Of a DNA stretch of 31,153 bases, positions 11,945-23,136 are shown piece after piece. A program made the translations under genes and the position numbers. Numbering within the stretch: position 1 is the stretch's first letter; each line of letters opens with the position of its first letter. Origin of the DNA: Albugo candida (taxonomy: Eukaryota); contig JBDOQK010000047.1 of NCBI GenBank assembly GCA_040437565.1, forward strand, positions 248,001-279,153, read 5' to 3'. The notes below the pieces were generated by a model. It did no database searches and was not told the origin of the DNA. It saw only the letters and a program-made list of their open reading frames with translations.

Positions 11945-12054
11945 TGCTGTCTGTGTGTATTTAAAAATCAATAAATTCTTTCCACCATGGCAATCGTGTT
12001 CATTTTCAATCGGCAGGTGGGTCTAGTATTAGAGTAGATACATGCTCAGATACG

Positions 12055-13833
12055 ATGACATCTTTAGAGGTAGAAAATAGTCGTCTTCATGAACGACTGC
12101 AGCTCTTAGAGGCAAAATACATCGAGTTGGAAGAGCGAACGAGCAAGAAAATAGAAGAATTGATCGATGAAATTGAGACTCTTGCAGAAGCTAATCGTTT
12201 GCTACTTGAGGAAAGGCAAACACCAATAGAAACATCTTCTACCGTAGCTTTACAGCAGATTCCTGACGAATTACTACTTGCTGGAAACGGACTACAAACA
12301 ACGCTTCTTTGCTGCATTTCGGACGCTACTGACTTTGGGAATCTGCTCTGTGTATCGAGTATGAAGAATCACCCGCAAATTGCTCTCACCGGAGGAGCTG
12401 ATAAGAATATATATGCTCATAATTGGGACACGAAGGAATCCAAACTTTGTAAATTTGAAGGATCGGCTCCAACTTTATGCGTTTCATTCAATCCGAACCC
12501 AGAATTTGCGTCATACTTTGTAGCCGCTTTTATGGATTCAAAACACGGGCTCTTTCATCTGAAGACTTCATTGGATGTACATTCAAAAGACTGGGAGATT
12601 CAGTGTGTGACGATGTTTCATGACCATTCACGCCAAGGAGCCTTACGTATTGCCTGGAGTGCGTCAGGGGAGTACTTTGCAACGGGTTCAAGTGACAAAT
12701 CTTTGCATATCTATCGTTGTGAGAATTTGAATCCCTGCTCGAAGAAGTCACACAAAGAGACCGAAGAAACTCAATCCTGTGAAAAAGTCAAATCGTTTTA
12801 TTTCAACGGAACTGTACAAGCACTTCTGTTTCTTCCGACTATGATTGAAAATGGTGTTATGAGAGAAAAGGAGCTATTGCTTGCGGCAGTACGAGATGAC
12901 TGCTATCTACATTACATCGACATGGAAACAATGGAGAAGGAAAGGTGAGTATTTGATGCCAACATTCGCTTTGGTTACTCAATTCACATTCGTAGAATCA
13001 ACATGAACCAAGATGGTATCGAACACTCATCCTATACGATCATGGATCTCCAACTATCACCAAGTAAAAAGTACTGCCTTGCAGCCACCGATAAAGATCG
13101 ACTTTTCATCTTTCAGGTGCGATGCTTCCAGACCCCATGTGAAGTTGATTCACAACTACTTTGTTTTCCTACCAGCCAAAATCAAATTTTTTGCTGAGAA
13201 GCTATTATGGTCACAAAGCAGGTGCATACAGTCAACCTCGTGCCGCATGGCATCCATCGGAGAAGTACATTATGGCTAATTCTGAAGAGTCTGGATCCTT
13301 ATTTGTATGGTGTGTAGCTTCCGAAAGTGTGGTTGATGTTATAGAAGCGCATGATAAGATTATTCGCGATTTAACCATTCAAAACGGTGCTCGAGGTGNN
13401 NNNNNNNNNNNNNNNNNNNNNNNNNNNNNNNNNNNNNNNNNNNNNNNNNNNNNNNNNNNNNNNNNNNNNNNNNNNNNNNNNNNNNNNNNNNNNNNNNNTT
13501 CCAGACCCCATGTGAAGTTGATTCACAACTACTTTGTTTTCCTACCAGCCAAAATCAAATTTTTTGCTGAGAAGCTATTATGGTCACAAAGCAGGTGCAT
13601 ACAGTCAACCTCGTGCCGCATGGCATCCATCGGAGAAGTACATTATGGCTAATTCTGAAGAGTCTGGATCCTTATTTGTATGGTGTGTAGCTTCCGAAAG
13701 TGTGGTTGATGTTATAGAAGCGCATGATAAGATTATTCGCGATTTAACCATTCAAAACGGTGCTCGAGGTGCATTTTTATACACCGTCTCCTATGACACA
13801 AGCATGAAGGTTTGGAGCTGCAACACCTTATAA
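12055..13833 (+). CDS. WD40-repeat protein with N-terminal coiled coil; exons 12055-12944, 12996-13116, 13176-13398 continuing at 13772-13833 after collapsing the gap overlap
   Basis: Heptad-rich N-terminus (LEVENSRLHERLQLLEAKYIELE). WD repeats: ALTGGADKNIYAHNWD, AWSASGEYFATGSSDKSLHIY, HDKIIRDL...TVSYDTSMKVWS. Introns 12945-12995 (GTGAGT...CGTAG) and 13117-13175 (GTGCGA...ACCAG) keep the frame. Confidence 0.88.
13126..13771. other. 100-N scaffold gap with 273-bp overlap (assembly artefact)
   Basis: 13126-13398 is repeated at 13499-13771; Ns at 13399-13498. Confidence 0.9.
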
Positions 13834-13885
13834 TATAATTATAATCATTTTACTCGAGTAATTTGTATACTGGGTGCATGAAACG

Positions 13886-14821
13886 ATGCTTAGGTCGCTT
13901 TCATGTCGTTGCAAGCGTCGCACTTTAAGCGATACATATGAGCTCATGGACAAAATTGGTGAGGGTAAAACCGGCTCTGTGTATGCTGCTAGTAAACGTG
14001 ATGGGAATGAAGGTAAATTTGCCGCGAAACTGATCTCTTTTGAGTATCTTTCGAGCCAGAATCGTCGACAAGCGCTCGAAAGCGAAATAAAAATTCTATC
14101 CAAGTTGGGTCACCGCTCAATCATTCGTTTTGTCGATGTGTTTGAGGAGAAAGACGCGTTTGTGATTGTCACCGAAAGAGCTGAAGACGAGTTGATGACC
14201 GTTTTGTGTCGATATTATGCATTTCAGATATGTGAACGCGACGTTGCGTTTCTGATACATGAATTACTTGATGCAGTGTCGTATCTCCATCATTTGGGAG
14301 TGACGCATCGTGACATAAAATTAGAGAATATCATGTGTAAATCGCGTGATCTTCACGATGGAATTGTGCTGATCGATTTTGGGTTGGCTCATCGCTACAG
14401 CAAAGGTAATGGTAGACCACAAGGAATGAATGGGACGTGTCATTACATGGCACCGGAAATGTTTGGAAAAGACAGTGTTTATGATCATCGAATTGATATT
14501 TGGGCAATTGGTGTGGTAGCATTTATCTTATTGTGTGGCTGTTACCCTTTCGATGCAAAGTTTATGTCTCAAGTAGAAGATCAAATAGTTTCTGGAAGCT
14601 TCACTTTTCCAAAAGATGTTGTCTCTGTTATGTCAGATGCCGCCAAAGATTTCATATCTCAAGTCCTCATTCCTGACCCGAATTCAAGAGCTTCAGCAGC
14701 GAAGCATTTGAAGCATCCTTGGGTTTCAAGTTGGCGAAAACAGTCCACCAATGTCTATTGTGCCGAACGATTAAAGCAGTTTGGAGAGCAGAAAATGAAC
14801 CTACGTATTGATGGGTCGTGA
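13886..14821 (+). CDS. Ser/Thr protein kinase, CAMK group-like, 311 aa
   Basis: IGEGKTGSV glycine loop, FAAK lysine, alphaC Glu (ESEIKIL), HRDIKLEN, IDFGLA, GTCHYMAPE, DIWAIGVVAFILLCGCYPF, AKDFISQVL, HPW. First ATG at 13886. Confidence 0.93.
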   Translation: MLRSLSCRCKRRTLSDTYELMDKIGEGKTGSVYAASKRDGNEGKFAAKLISFEYLSSQNRRQALESEIKILSKLGHRSIIRFVDVFEEKDAFVIVTERAEDELMTVLCRYYAFQICERDVAFLIHELLDAVSYLHHLGVTHRDIKLENIMCKSRDLHDGIVLIDFGLAHRYSKGNGRPQGMNGTCHYMAPEMFGKDSVYDHRIDIWAIGVVAFILLCGCYPFDAKFMSQVEDQIVSGSFTFPKDVVSVMSDAAKDFISQVLIPDPNSRASAAKHLKHPWVSSWRKQSTNVYCAERLKQFGEQKMNLRIDGS

Positions 14822-15195
14822 TATTGTAATTGGACTGTAATGCGGGACACTTGATGGTCGAGAAAGCCATGTCAAGCCTTAGACGTGCCGCAGTGATATG
14901 TTACATAACTCTGATTTGGAAGACTTGGCGATGACTAATTGACAAGAAGCACACTTCGTTAGCGACGAATGCTTTTGTGGTCTTGATTTTCATTTGAATC
15001 TCATTTCGACATCCAGTAGCTATAGAAAGTTCCTGCACTCAATCAGTATAAAAACGTCACTTTTATTCATCCAATAATGGCGCTTTGTCCATTCAAAACG
15101 CTTCAGATCATCGACGAATCGAAGCCGGTCATATTGCGTACTTAGTTGAGACTTTTCGGTGAGCTGTTGAGGCGAAACAAAAATAAGACGAGCTC

Positions 15196-16761
15196 ATGAT
15201 CAGCTCCAGGTCGCATACATTGAAGCTTGTTTCTTCTGGTTGAGCACAACATTTGTCTTGCGGTCGACTATATTCTCATGTATTTTACGTGCTAGGTGTA
15301 GGAAGGAGCATTTGCTCGACCGCAATCATTCAAAATGGCTCTGTTGTAAAAGAGGAACCCGCCATGACTCGGGTTTACGGCGGCCTCAAAGATGACGATC
15401 GTATTTTTACCAATTTGTACGGCGAAAAGACGTGGAGAATCGATGGCGCTCTCAAGCGAGGCGATTGGTATCGAACTAAAGATCTACTTTGTATGGGTCC
15501 GGAATGGATTATCCAAGAAGTGAAAGATTCCGGTTTGCGTGGTCGTGGGGGTGCGGGCTTTCCTTCTGGGTTAAAATGGTCGTTTATGCCCAAGCAGACG
15601 GATGGACGTCCTTCATTTCTGGTTGTAAATGCAGACGAGTCCGAACCTGGAACATGTAAGGACCGGGAAATCATGCGCAAAGATCCACATAAGCTCGTTG
15701 AAGGATGTCTTGTGGCCGGTTTCGCGATGCGTGCACGTGCAGCGTATATATACATACGGGGAGAGTTTTTTAATGAAGCTGTGATTTTAGAGGAAGCTAT
15801 CCATGAAGCATATCAGAAAGGGTTTCTCGGTGTCGACGCCTGCGGAAGTGGCTACGACTTTGACGTATACCTCCACCGAGGTGCGGGTGCTTATATTTGC
15901 GGGGAAGAAACCAGTTTGCTCGAGAGTTTGGAAGGTAAACAGGGAAAACCTCGTCTTAAACCTCCGTTTCCAGCAAACACAGGGCTATACGGTTGTCCAA
16001 CAACAGTGACAAATGTGGAAACAGTAGCTGTGTCTCCAACAATTCTTCGTCGAGGTGGATCGTGGTTTGCTTCGCTTGGTCGAAAAAATAATTCCGGAAC
16101 GAAATTGTTCTGTATATCAGGTCACGTTAATAATCCTTGTACGGTGGAGGAGGAAATGAGCATTCCTCTAAAAGACCTAATCGAAAAACACTGCGGTGGC
16201 GTCCGTGGTGGATGGGAAAATCTCCAGGCATGTATCCCTGGTGGTTCTTCAGTACCTGTTCTCGATGAGGAATTATGTCAAGATATCATGATGGATTTTG
16301 ACGATCTTAAGAATCGCGGGGGATCTGGGCTGGGTACGGCAGCAGTTACCATTTTTGACAAAAGCGTTGACATGGTCGCAGCAATTCGTCGCTTAGCTCA
16401 TTTCTACACACACGAAAGCTGTGGTCAATGCACACCTTGTCGCGAAGGTACCGGGTGGATGGAAGCGATTTTGTTGAAAATGGAGAAAGGTGAAGCAGAT
16501 CTGGAAGAGATTCCAATGCTTGAAGAAATCTCTCGTCAGATTGAAGGACACACTATATGCGCATTGGGTGACGCTGCTGCGTGGCCTGTGCAGGGACTTA
16601 TCCGAAAGTTCAAACACAAAATTATTGAGCGCATTGAGAATCCTTCTTCCTTCGATCCAGCAGCCCATTTCCAAAGGTCCTGGCCAGGCGCACCATTCCG
16701 CAATCAAAATTGGGTGCAGCAATATGGAAGCGGATCTACTTATAAAGCCAATGCGAATTGA
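15196..16761 (+). CDS. NDUFV1: NADH:ubiquinone oxidoreductase 51 kDa flavoprotein subunit, mitochondrial; exons 15196-15238 and 15296-16761, ~502 aa
   Basis: [51 protein letters not shown], and the 4Fe-4S motif [12 protein letters not shown]...TICALG. A phase-1 intron at 15239-15295 (GTTGAG...GCTAG) supplies an ATG exon [15 protein letters not shown] that resembles a mitochondrial transit peptide. Confidence 0.97.
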
Positions 16762-16910
16762 TCGTATCGTATCGTATCTCATTAGCGGACACGTAAGTTC
16801 TCTCGCAAAGGGACGCACATGCACATAATAATTCATAGCGAATACGTTTCCTTTTTATTGCAACGCATTTTGAACTCATACGCAAATGGCTCGAAGGTGC
16901 GGCAATTGAC

Positions 16911-16925
16911 CTGATTGGTTGAAAA
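16911..16925 (+). promoter_or_regulatory. Putative CCAAT box (reverse orientation, CTGATTGGTTGAAAA)
   Basis: ATTGG core in a CTGATTGG context, inside the 173-bp spacer between NDUFV1 and the next gene. CCAAT boxes are a known oomycete promoter element. Confidence 0.4.
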
Positions 16926-16934
16926 TAGTCAAGA

Positions 16935-17461
16935 ATGGCCATCGCAATGAGCACTGCGAGCAGATTATTTGTATGCACCCGAACGCATTCGCTCGATTTA
17001 TCCGCGCGCTTTTTCTCATCAAGTGGGCAAATACGTCGTCGGAAACCGGTACGCCTAGGTCGTGACGAAGCTCGGCGCAAGATAGAACCGAAGGAGCTAA
17101 CGCAGCAATCAGAGGCCGTAACGAATTATCAGGAGCAGCTACCGGCGGAAGCACCGTTTTTATCAAACAATAATGCTCCGCAGAACCTTAAAACCGTCCT
17201 GAAAGAGGTTTGGCTTATTTTCGTGTTTACTCAACATTTTGAGTTCTAATTTCCCGCATCGTAGAGCTTTTTTTGGGGTATAGGAATAACTCTGGCGTTC
17301 ACACTCGTTGGTGCCATATTTGGTGCTATGGAACAGGTGATCAATCTATCACAAATCGGTGTGTAGTGCTGATGTGAACGATTATTAATTTGTAGACCGA
17401 CAAACCCGGTTGTTTTGCCGCAACCAAGGTGATAGAAGAACTTGATAAAGAGACTGAATAA
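16935..17461 (+). CDS. Small hypothetical protein, ~136 aa, predicted mitochondrial presequence and one transmembrane helix; exons 16935-17207, 17265-17336, 17396-17461
   Basis: Arg/Ser-rich, acid-poor N-terminus (MAIAMSTASRLFVCTR...ARFFSSS). Two phase-0 GT-AG introns (17208-17264, 17337-17395) give SFFWGIGITLAFTLVGAIFGAMEQ then TDKPGCFAATKVIEELDKETE*. Confidence 0.75.
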
Positions 17462-17538
17462 ATCATAGGGGTTTTATGTTCAATCTTTTCGTCATAGTGT
17501 TGTTGCCTTTGCTTTGAATGTATTCATTCACTTGTTCT

Positions 17539-18404
17539 GGGAAGAGCATTTGCAGTCTCAAGTGATTGAACTGACACAAACACTCAGACAGATCCCGTTC
17601 AATAGAAGGTAGCGTGGTCAACGATTCTTATGTGAAGATGCATATGCTACGACAAGAAAGATAACGGATTTTCTGATCAGAAAATGTTTGGCTAGTAATA
17701 AGCGACTCGAATTGCTTAAACTCGTGTTAGTAGCAGACGATGCAAGAGAAACGAATCAAGCAACATTCACCCAGACTTTCACTCTGGTCAATGTTTCAAA
17801 TTTGAATCAGGCCCAAACCAGGGCGTCGACCTATCCTTTTCTTCACGTGATGATACACGTTTCAATTACAACGCCACCAGAAGCTATTCTTTCGGCGATT
17901 ATTGATAGATGAGTACCTGGTNNNNNNNNNNNNNNNNNNNNNNNNNNNNNNNNNNNNNNNNNNNNNNNNNNNNNNNNNNNNNNNNNNNNNNNNNNNNNNN
18001 NNNNNNNNNNNNNNNNNNNNNGGGAAGAGCATTTGCAGTCTCAAGTGATTGAACTGACACAAACACTCAGACAGATCCCGTTCAATAGAAGGTAGCGTGG
18101 TCAACGATTCTTATGTGAAGATGCATATGCTACGACAAGAAAGATAACGGATTTTCTGATCAGAAAATGTTTGGCTAGTAATAAGCGACTCGAATTGCTT
18201 AAACTCGTGTTAGTAGCAGACGATGCAAGAGAAACGAATCAAGCAACATTCACCCAGACTTTCACTCTGGTCAATGTTTCAAATTTGAATCAGGCCCAAA
18301 CCAGGGCGTCGACCTATCCTTTTCTTCACGTGATGATACACGTTTCAATTACAACGCCACCAGAAGCTATTCTTTCGGCGATTATTGATAGATGAGTACC
18401 TGGT
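17539..18404. other. 100-N scaffold gap with 383-bp overlap (assembly artefact)
   Basis: 17539-17921 is repeated at 18022-18404; Ns at 17922-18021. Confidence 0.9.
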
Positions 18405-18593
18405 CACTGCTTCCTAAAGCTACTCGCGATGGCTGAATGTCAGCTACCAGCTTCTTGACGTCTTAATAATGCGACACGATATAGAAGTGCATAAGCTCAT
18501 ATGCTCAATGCTACTTCCATGCCCGATTTAGAGGACAATAGAACGTTGACAGTGCAATATTAGCCGCAAATAAAACTCTAGGGGTACAGAAGG

Positions 18594-19125
18594 CTACAAC
18601 AAGAAATTGGTCGGATTGCGAGCCTCAATGCTCTGCGTGAGACTATGATTGAAAAGCGGAACGCTGCTGAATGACAAGAGTAAACTGAGCTCATGGCTTG
18701 GGAAAAGTCTGTCACATATATGCGTAGATTTACATGCAGTAAAGCAGAATATTGCGCACTTAGAAAACAGGATGAAGAGAATGCAACAGGAAATGATGGA
18801 AACTACAGCAGAGATGAAAAACAACGCTGGAGAGAGCATACAGGACGTCCAAAATGCTGCAAAATAGGAACTTCGACTTACTGTGGAAAAGGATTTGATC
18901 GAATAAGAGCACTGAATGTCACTTTGTGGGATTCTAACTACTTGAACTACATTACAACTTGAGGAATGGAAGGCGAAATATATGAATCGAGAGAGCCGTT
19001 CAAAAGACCTTTAGAGAATACCCTTTTTGGAGATATCAGAACTTTACAAAAACTTGCTGATTTGAGAGATGCTGGATGAAATGGCGCACTTCTAACGCGA
19101 AATGTAAAGAAACCCACAACAAAAC
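18594..19125 (+). pseudogene. Decayed coiled-coil gene, FAM184-like C-terminus
   Basis: The frame of ORF 18649 continues through eight stops (18865, 18904, 18913, 18943, 19012, 19063, 19093, 19105) as protein-like coiled coil, including LEEWKAKYMNRESRSKDL*RI...EMLDEMAHF*REM*, which recalls the FAM184 C-terminal motifs (KY..RES.PED ... FY.LELVNRE). Confidence 0.5.
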
Positions 19126-20405
19126 GTATGTCAGAAATTTAAATTTGCACTGTTGATAGTGCTCAAATCACACCTAAGGGTGCATCCTCATGTATATAAA
19201 GTCGTGAAGCAACTATTTACATAGCGCTTTCCAATTGGCTTCACAAAGTATCAAAAGCCAGGACTAGCAAATCGAATCCACTCAACGCGCTCTGTAAAAG
19301 TCGGCATGAAATGTATGAATCAAAGATGAATTCTCTTGTATCCGAACTCCCAAAGGTGCTTTCAGACGAAGAGACACAGGGATGACTAAAGATAAATCAG
19401 TGGGCCGACTTGCAGTAAGTTACCCGGCTACTGCGGCGACCTCAACTCAACGATTGGTCTTATCATCTGGATTGAACTGAGCACAAGCCCAAGATCGAAC
19501 GCTGTGAGAGTTCAAAAGCAAGAAAGGATATATTGTGCACAGCTATACCATGATCTTAACTCTTAAAAATCAAACGGAATATCCCGAAGCAGAGAAATAT
19601 CCGATATTGACATATTGGTCGTCGCGGCAGAGTTCTAACTTAGCTTACAGAACTGATTTTAGGATATTTGTGGCAGCATTGATATATATTTGAAAACGCA
19701 TACTGCCGATTTGGAAGATCAACAGTCCCGTCTCGCTTTCGGATGCTGCTAGTTCGATGTCAGATTTGGTATACATGCTGTGTTGAGCATTCTTATCAGA
19801 TCAACATTTCTTTTTCGAATGCGAACACACTGCATTATAATGGCCGGAGTACTCCCGACTTGATATCAATTTTTTCCTCCCGATCACGGTGAAGGTTATA
19901 TCATGCAAGATTGTAGTGACGATACGGACATGATCGAAGGATTATCGACAGATTGTGTCCGACTTATGGCTTGCATTGCAGGCAATGACTCTGCTGCTCG
20001 ACAGTGCCAGCACTTCCCGTGCTACAAAATTACGTTTTGCGCACACGTTCCATATTCCCGAAAGAAGTATTTCGATAAAGACGAACGCATCAAGCTGGCA
20101 AAGCTTCTGCTCGTACGCCATTGCGATACGATAAGTGAAAGTGCGACTTCGACTCTACTCCCGGTTGATTGTATATATTTAAACAAGGGTGGCGGACATC
20201 TAATTAGGGGGAACTTCACCACTTGTAAGACATCTCACATCTAATATCAGCTGGTCGTAGCCTCGGAATTGTGGTGGGATAAGCTAGCCGCAATACATGT
20301 CCTCAATCGCATGGCAAATCGGCATTCAGACATCAAAGTCATTCGGTCTAATCTAGTAATAAAGACACCTTCAATTGAGCATAAAACGTTATCTGTTATA
20401 ACCTG

Positions 20406-23136
20406 ATGAGTGTGTCGACTCAACTGCAATCGCGATCGACGCACGAGAGGAGCTCAGCACAATGGCAGCGGTTGCTCCCGAAAAGTGATAAAGGATGCAC
20501 ACCGTCTGGAAGATCGGGGCACGCGATGACATCTATACCCGACTTACATGGATTCTTACTATTTGGAGGCTCTGATCGTCATGCATTCTACGATGATATT
20601 TTCTTGCTATTCCATGCTAGTGAAAGTGGCGACAGTGAAAATGAGTCATTAACACCACATTTTGAATGGAAAAAGTTGAGCATTTCACACGAATCCATGA
20701 CCACTTACCTTGATCAGGAGGGAGCTTTTGAGTATGAGCAACCACTCCTACCAGGATGCGCACGTTTCCATCATAAAATGCACTACATCTCCACATGTAA
20801 AACGGCCGAAGAAAAAAATGGATACCGTGTTCTTGTCATCGGTAATCCATTGATGGCAGCTGCTGATGACAATACTGAGGAGGTGACATTTGAGAATGAA
20901 AGTCTTCGAGTTGAACAGCTTTATATCCAGAATATGGGATGTCATGCCCAGTGGACTCCTCTTAAGGTATCATGATTTGGGATGACGTATTTACAAATCA
21001 GCTGAAATGGGTTGTATTTTGGCAGATCAAGCGATCCTGGAAGCCAGTCGCTCGATATGCTCTTTGCAGTGTGGTACACAAGAAATCTATTTTCTTGCGT
21101 TGAGCTTCTGATATACGAGCAGTAATTGTTTGGATTTTGTAGCTCGTCGGTGCTCATTTATACTGCTTTGGTGGCAAAAATGCAACAGCATCGTATTTCT
21201 TTAACGACCTTTTTTACTACGATGTCGATAACAACGAGTGGAAACGTCCAAAAATCAAAGGGCAAGAACCATCTCCCCGTGCTTTTGCAGAAATGATTCT
21301 TTATAGCCCTTCGAATGAAACNNNNNNNNNNNNNNNNNNNNNNNNNNNNNNNNNNNNNNNNNNNNNNNNNNNNNNNNNNNNNNNNNNNNNNNNNNNNNNN
21401 NNNNNNNNNNNNNNNNNNNNNGTTGAGCTTCTGATATACGAGCAGTAATTGTTTGGATTTTGTAGCTCGTCGGTGCTCATTTATACTGCTTTGGTGGCAA
21501 AAATGCAACAGCATCGTATTTCTTTAACGACCTTTTTTACTACGATGTCGATAACAACGAGTGGAAACGTCCAAAAATCAAAGGGCAAGAACCATCTCCC
21601 CGTGCTTTTGCAGAAATGATTCTTTATAGCCCTTCGAATGAAACTTCCGAAAGTGGCGCAAAAATTTTGCTGTATGGCGGTTCTGATAGTATTAATCGCT
21701 TTGGTGATATGTACCTGTACGATTTGAAATCTTGTAACTGGGAATTGATCACGACAACAGGCCAAATACCATCGCCACGCACAAATCATACCCTCACGTT
21801 TGTCGAGCCGTCATACCTTGTGTTACTCGGTAGTGAGAAGCAACCAATGCACAGGGAAGGAAACGATTTATTTATGTACGACATTCACACGAAACAATGG
21901 CAAAATTTATTCTCAAAATCGGATAATCACATACAAAAGCAACGAACAGCCCACACCACGGTTTTATGGTCAACGGAGTTGAGTACAGAGTCGGATTGGA
22001 AATCTCTTTCACGATATCGTTTAATTGTATTTGGAGGATACGCCGGAGCCAATATGTGGCTTGACGATTTGCTATTGCTGACGGTGACTCTACGAGATCC
22101 GAGTATGGCTTTTTCATCGCAGTCGAGTGACTCCACCGTACCTCTTTTGGATATCACAAATTCGATATTGATGAAAGAACGGAGCAATAATTCTCAGGGG
22201 ACAGAAAGGGACGGATCAAGTCAGCAGACCAAACTTGAGCAAAAACCTCTTACAAAGATTCCCAAATTGGTCAAGAAGCGAAAGCGGCGCGATGATCTAC
22301 CCATGTCACAAATGACTGACTTGGGACAAGAACAGAAAAGACCATTTGAGATTAGTGAATCTGAATTATGCTCAAATGAATTGATGGCATCCGGCAGTTC
22401 GGACAAAGATTGTCATGTTCATTGCTTGGAACGATCTAACCTATTGTTAATCAACCAAGTCTTACTCGAAAAAGTTCGATACTTAGAGAAGCACATCCAA
22501 GGAAACAAGTCAGGTATCGAGAAACCCACAGACCAAATTCCAAATCAAACACATGTGCTGAACAATGGATTTCTTGAAAATATGGTTTCTCAAATCATAT
22601 CGAAACTCTCTGTCGTCACAGAAATGTCTGCTAGTAAAATTTTCGATACCTCGTATCTGATTGAAAACAAGCTTTCGCTGATTCAAGATGTCTTGGAAGA
22701 CATCCGCCATACCTTTGATGAGACAACCGAATTGGAAGAGGACTCACCAGATAAAGCAAGCAGGTACGCATGACGCAACAATCTAATATGAGCTTTGATC
22801 CATGAGGCCATACGCTCAAGTGGATGAAAGTGCAGTATCTTATTACTATCATGTTTTTAGGCTAGCAAAAAATCCCGTTATCAAGATGAGAAAAGAAGAG
22901 CTTGATGCACTGGAAGCAAGACTGACCAAGGCCGAAACCGAGAATGCGGAGTTACGAAGCAAGGTATTTTTACATTTCCTACATTACAATGATGTGTACA
23001 GATAATTTCGACGATTTGATAGCTACATGAGGCTGAAGAAATTTTGCAAATAGTAGCGACGGCATCTGAACAAATACATCGGAATGCTGCCGTTCTAGTG
23101 AAAGAATTGGGACAAAGAAAGAAGGAAGGGTACTGA
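20406..23136 (+). CDS. Kelch-repeat beta-propeller protein with a basic NLS-like patch and C-terminal coiled coil; exons 20406-20966, 21026-21073, 21143-21321 (continuing 21645-22763 after collapsing the overlap), 22861-22963, 23023-23136
   Basis: Kelch motifs: PSGRSGHAM...LLFGG, HLYCFGGK...FNDLFYYD...W, PSPRAFA...LLYGG...FGDMYLYD...W, PSPRTNHTL, RTAHT...LIVFGGY. KKRKRR. Frame-preserving GT-AG introns at 20967-21025, 21074-21142, 22764-22860 and 22964-23022. Confidence 0.85.
21099..21644. other. 100-N scaffold gap with 223-bp overlap (assembly artefact)
   Basis: 21099-21321 is repeated at 21422-21644; Ns at 21322-21421. Confidence 0.9.

Noticed and set aside
13161..13833. Apparently duplicated WD40 exon (alternative or mutually exclusive exons)
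   Set aside because: Matching copies flank a 100-N gap; assembly overlap.
15253..15295. TTG-initiated N-terminus of NDUFV1 in the ORF track
   Set aside because: This stretch is intron; a frame-compatible ATG exon at 15196-15238 gives a better transit peptide.
16761..16778. (ATCGT)n microsatellite right after the NDUFV1 stop
   Set aside because: About 3.5 copies of a pentamer; ordinary 3' UTR slippage.
17688..18395. Two identical 74-aa ORFs that look like a tandem gene duplication
   Set aside because: Both lie in the 383-bp contig overlap around an N gap, so they are one locus; the ORF also starts at TTG.
18649..19107. Stop-codon reassignment or readthrough as an explanation for the in-frame stops
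   Set aside because: All three stop types occur here and all three terminate normal genes in the window (TGA, TAG, TAA); frameshifts are also implied, so decay is simpler.
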